DNA from: Flectonema sp. DT1601
Taxonomy: Eukaryota
DNA: 64,000 bases
Direction: 5' to 3'
NCBI GenBank assembly: GCA_964019425.1
Contig: OZ025782.1
Location: forward strand, 1,116,001-1,180,000
Numbering within the stretch: the stretch's first letter is position 1; the number at the start of each line of letters is the position of its first letter. A program made the position numbers and the translations under genes. Positions 62,108-64,000 of this stretch are shown here, piece by piece. Under the pieces are notes generated by a model. That model ran no database searches and had not been told where the DNA came from. It was given only the letters and a program-made list of their open reading frames with translations.

Positions 62108-64000
62108 CTACTCAGAATCCCATGGTAAATTTTCAAGGAGCGCATCAGGCTCTTTTAATCTGTTCATTCGCCAGTATTGTTTGCGTGTGATTTTATTATT
62201 GAGATCAGGAATTCTAGAAGCCATCTTTTCATCATAAGCAGGAACCATCCTAGTGTGAAATGCTTCATTATAATGAGGACTGCCAAGGCCACGAGATGCA
62301 TCAATAAAACGAGTTTGTGATTCCCAATTTGAAGCCAACTCAGAACTAGTTGTCGCAATCTCAAAGTCAGAATCTAAATTAGAACTCAACTGTTTTATTA
62401 TTTCTGGAGATTCAGCAGCGCATTTTGAGACTTTAAGAACGCTAGCCATGTGATGAAAGGCTCCTTCTTCTTTACCATTAAAATCCTTAAGTAAAAGTAA
62501 CTCTTCTTCGTATGGTAAGATTGTTACGTATTTCTCAATGAATGTTTTAATCTCCGAAGGTTTTTGTTTTCCCAGTAGATTCAAAGATTCTAAAGAAAGG
62601 AGACGAGCTTCTCTAACTGAATCTCCAAGAAATGAGTAAGTGAGAGCTCGTAGAGAGTCACTCGCATCTTCAAATTCCCGTCTTGCTTCTCTTCCAGCTT
62701 CTTCATCACAGAATGCTAAGAACTTATAGTATTCCGAAACAGGTAAAACACAAGTATTATTGCTTGCTAAGTCTGTAAGGTATTCATCACCACACCACAT
62801 AAGAGATGAACTATGCAACAAAACTGTTGGATAAGACTCATCGATCTTTGGATATATCGAAAAAGGCTTCAAATCATAAAGAGAAATATCAAAACTACAT
62901 AATAAATAAACATCTATAACACCCAACACAGACGAAAATGGAATTGAAGTCAGAGATTTATCATCGAGTTCTTCCGATGGGACGAGGACTTCTTTTTCAT
63001 TTATGATCTTTGAAACGTAATTAGCACCAGACCATTGATCGTGACAGTCCTCTATGACGTCTTTTATTATCATCATATTACAACGGGAACCATGCAACGT
63101 GTAGAATTTAACTAAAGATGAAACCAACTCTTTTGATCCGATTCGCAATACGTAGTTTGATGTTTCTCCCTTTCGACCAGGTGCGCAATACGAATTGTCA
63201 ACTACTAATTGCGTTGATAATATTAAAAGTTCGACAAAAGGTAAAGCAGACGGTGGTGATGTGCTGAACGATTTTAGATATGAAAAGATCATTTCTGATG
63301 ATGGATGTCCCAACAGTTCACAGCATTGTTCAAATAATAAATTCTTTTCAGAAATTGTAATCTCTTTCACACTATCACAGACTGCGACAAACGATGTTAT
63401 AATCGTCGAATCTGATATGGGTAGTTCAGGAGTGAATCGAAGCCACTTTAAAGTATTACTATATTGTCGTAAGTTCTTCATCAACGCTGTTGATTGTACC
63501 ACAGCATCCACATCTTGATAACCAGGTCTACACTTCTGCTGCAACATAAACTCAAATGTACTAAAGCATTTGATAAATTGTCGATTTCTTAAACAACATT
63601 GCAATAAGCCAGTAATTCCAAGACGAGGAGGAGGAAGCCACACGAGTTTAGAATCTTGTTTTGGGGCGTCACTATTGACTCCCTTCTTTAATATTTGATA
63701 AGCGTGTTTAACACTGCTGTCTTTTCCTATAATTTCCTGAAGTAATTCTTGTGGCCAAAAAGACGGTTCTGAAGCTACATATGGAGCGATTATTTTTATC
63801 ATTTTATATATCTCGTCAGAGCTTTCCATTGACTGTGCGTATTGGATTACGATTGGCCAAACTACTTTACAATATTCTTCGAATTCAGTTTCAGGAAGAG
63901 GAAATTCGTCTGAAAAAGGTCGAAAATTCCTCTTCTGATACTGTGATCTGTTTAATATAAACCTCCCCACAGATGATGTAACAGAAGTTGCTTCTTTTAT
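62108..64000 (-). CDS. Partial protein (5' end beyond window) with a PPR-like motif and a possible degenerate PIN-like C-terminal domain
   Basis: Frame is open to the window edge. PPR-like ITGLLQCCLRNRQFIKCFSTFEFMLQQKCRPG. PIN-like pattern VLLHSSSL...CVLPVSEYYKF...IATTSSELA. Confidence 0.7.
   Translation of the reverse strand: MKEATSVTSSVGRFILNRSQYQKRNFRPFSDEFPLPETEFEEYCKVVWPIVIQYAQSMESSDEIYKMIKIIAPYVASEPSFWPQELLQEIIGKDSSVKHAYQILKKGVNSDAPKQDSKLVWLPPPRLGITGLLQCCLRNRQFIKCFSTFEFMLQQKCRPGYQDVDAVVQSTALMKNLRQYSNTLKWLRFTPELPISDSTIITSFVAVCDSVKEITISEKNLLFEQCCELLGHPSSEMIFSYLKSFSTSPPSALPFVELLILSTQLVVDNSYCAPGRKGETSNYVLRIGSKELVSSLVKFYTLHGSRCNMMIIKDVIEDCHDQWSGANYVSKIINEKEVLVPSEELDDKSLTSIPFSSVLGVIDVYLLCSFDISLYDLKPFSIYPKIDESYPTVLLHSSSLMWCGDEYLTDLASNNTCVLPVSEYYKFLAFCDEEAGREARREFEDASDSLRALTYSFLGDSVREARLLSLESLNLLGKQKPSEIKTFIEKYVTILPYEEELLLLKDFNGKEEGAFHHMASVLKVSKCAAESPEIIKQLSSNLDSDFEIATTSSELASNWESQTRFIDASRGLGSPHYNEAFHTRMVPAYDEKMASRIPDLNNKITRKQYWRMNRLKEPDALLENLPWDSE

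Overview
This is AT-rich eukaryotic nuclear DNA. Every credible gene, and every retroposon whose tail is visible, lies on the minus strand. Short GT-AG introns, pyrimidine-tract/AG acceptors just before start codons and a trypanosomatid-type (GT67-like) glycosyltransferase point to a euglenozoan, most plausibly a diplonemid (inference). 1-10.4 kb is a retroelement-rich zone: a 5'-truncated non-LTR retrotransposon (RT C-terminal part, RNase H, CCHC) plus several short non-autonomous retroposon families with microsatellite tails, target-site duplications and conserved hairpins. 10.5-21.1 kb holds three paralogous type-I membrane proteins with bacterial-like 'FVVVW' repeats. 21.2-46.8 kb is a higher-order tandem array of four giant secreted astacin metalloproteases (astacin-EGF-beta-sandwich-Pro/Thr stalk-3/6/8 Cys-rich modules) plus a truncated fifth 5' stub. 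49.5-64 kb is gene-dense: a spliced GT8-like + GT67/GT31-like two-domain glycosyltransferase that the ORF track splits in two, a bacterial-like secreted glycoside hydrolase, a divergent TruD/Pus7-like protein with a RanBP2 zinc finger, two multi-exon genes reconstructed here, and a partial PPR-like/PIN-like protein. All domain calls come from motif recognition by eye; no database searches were run.
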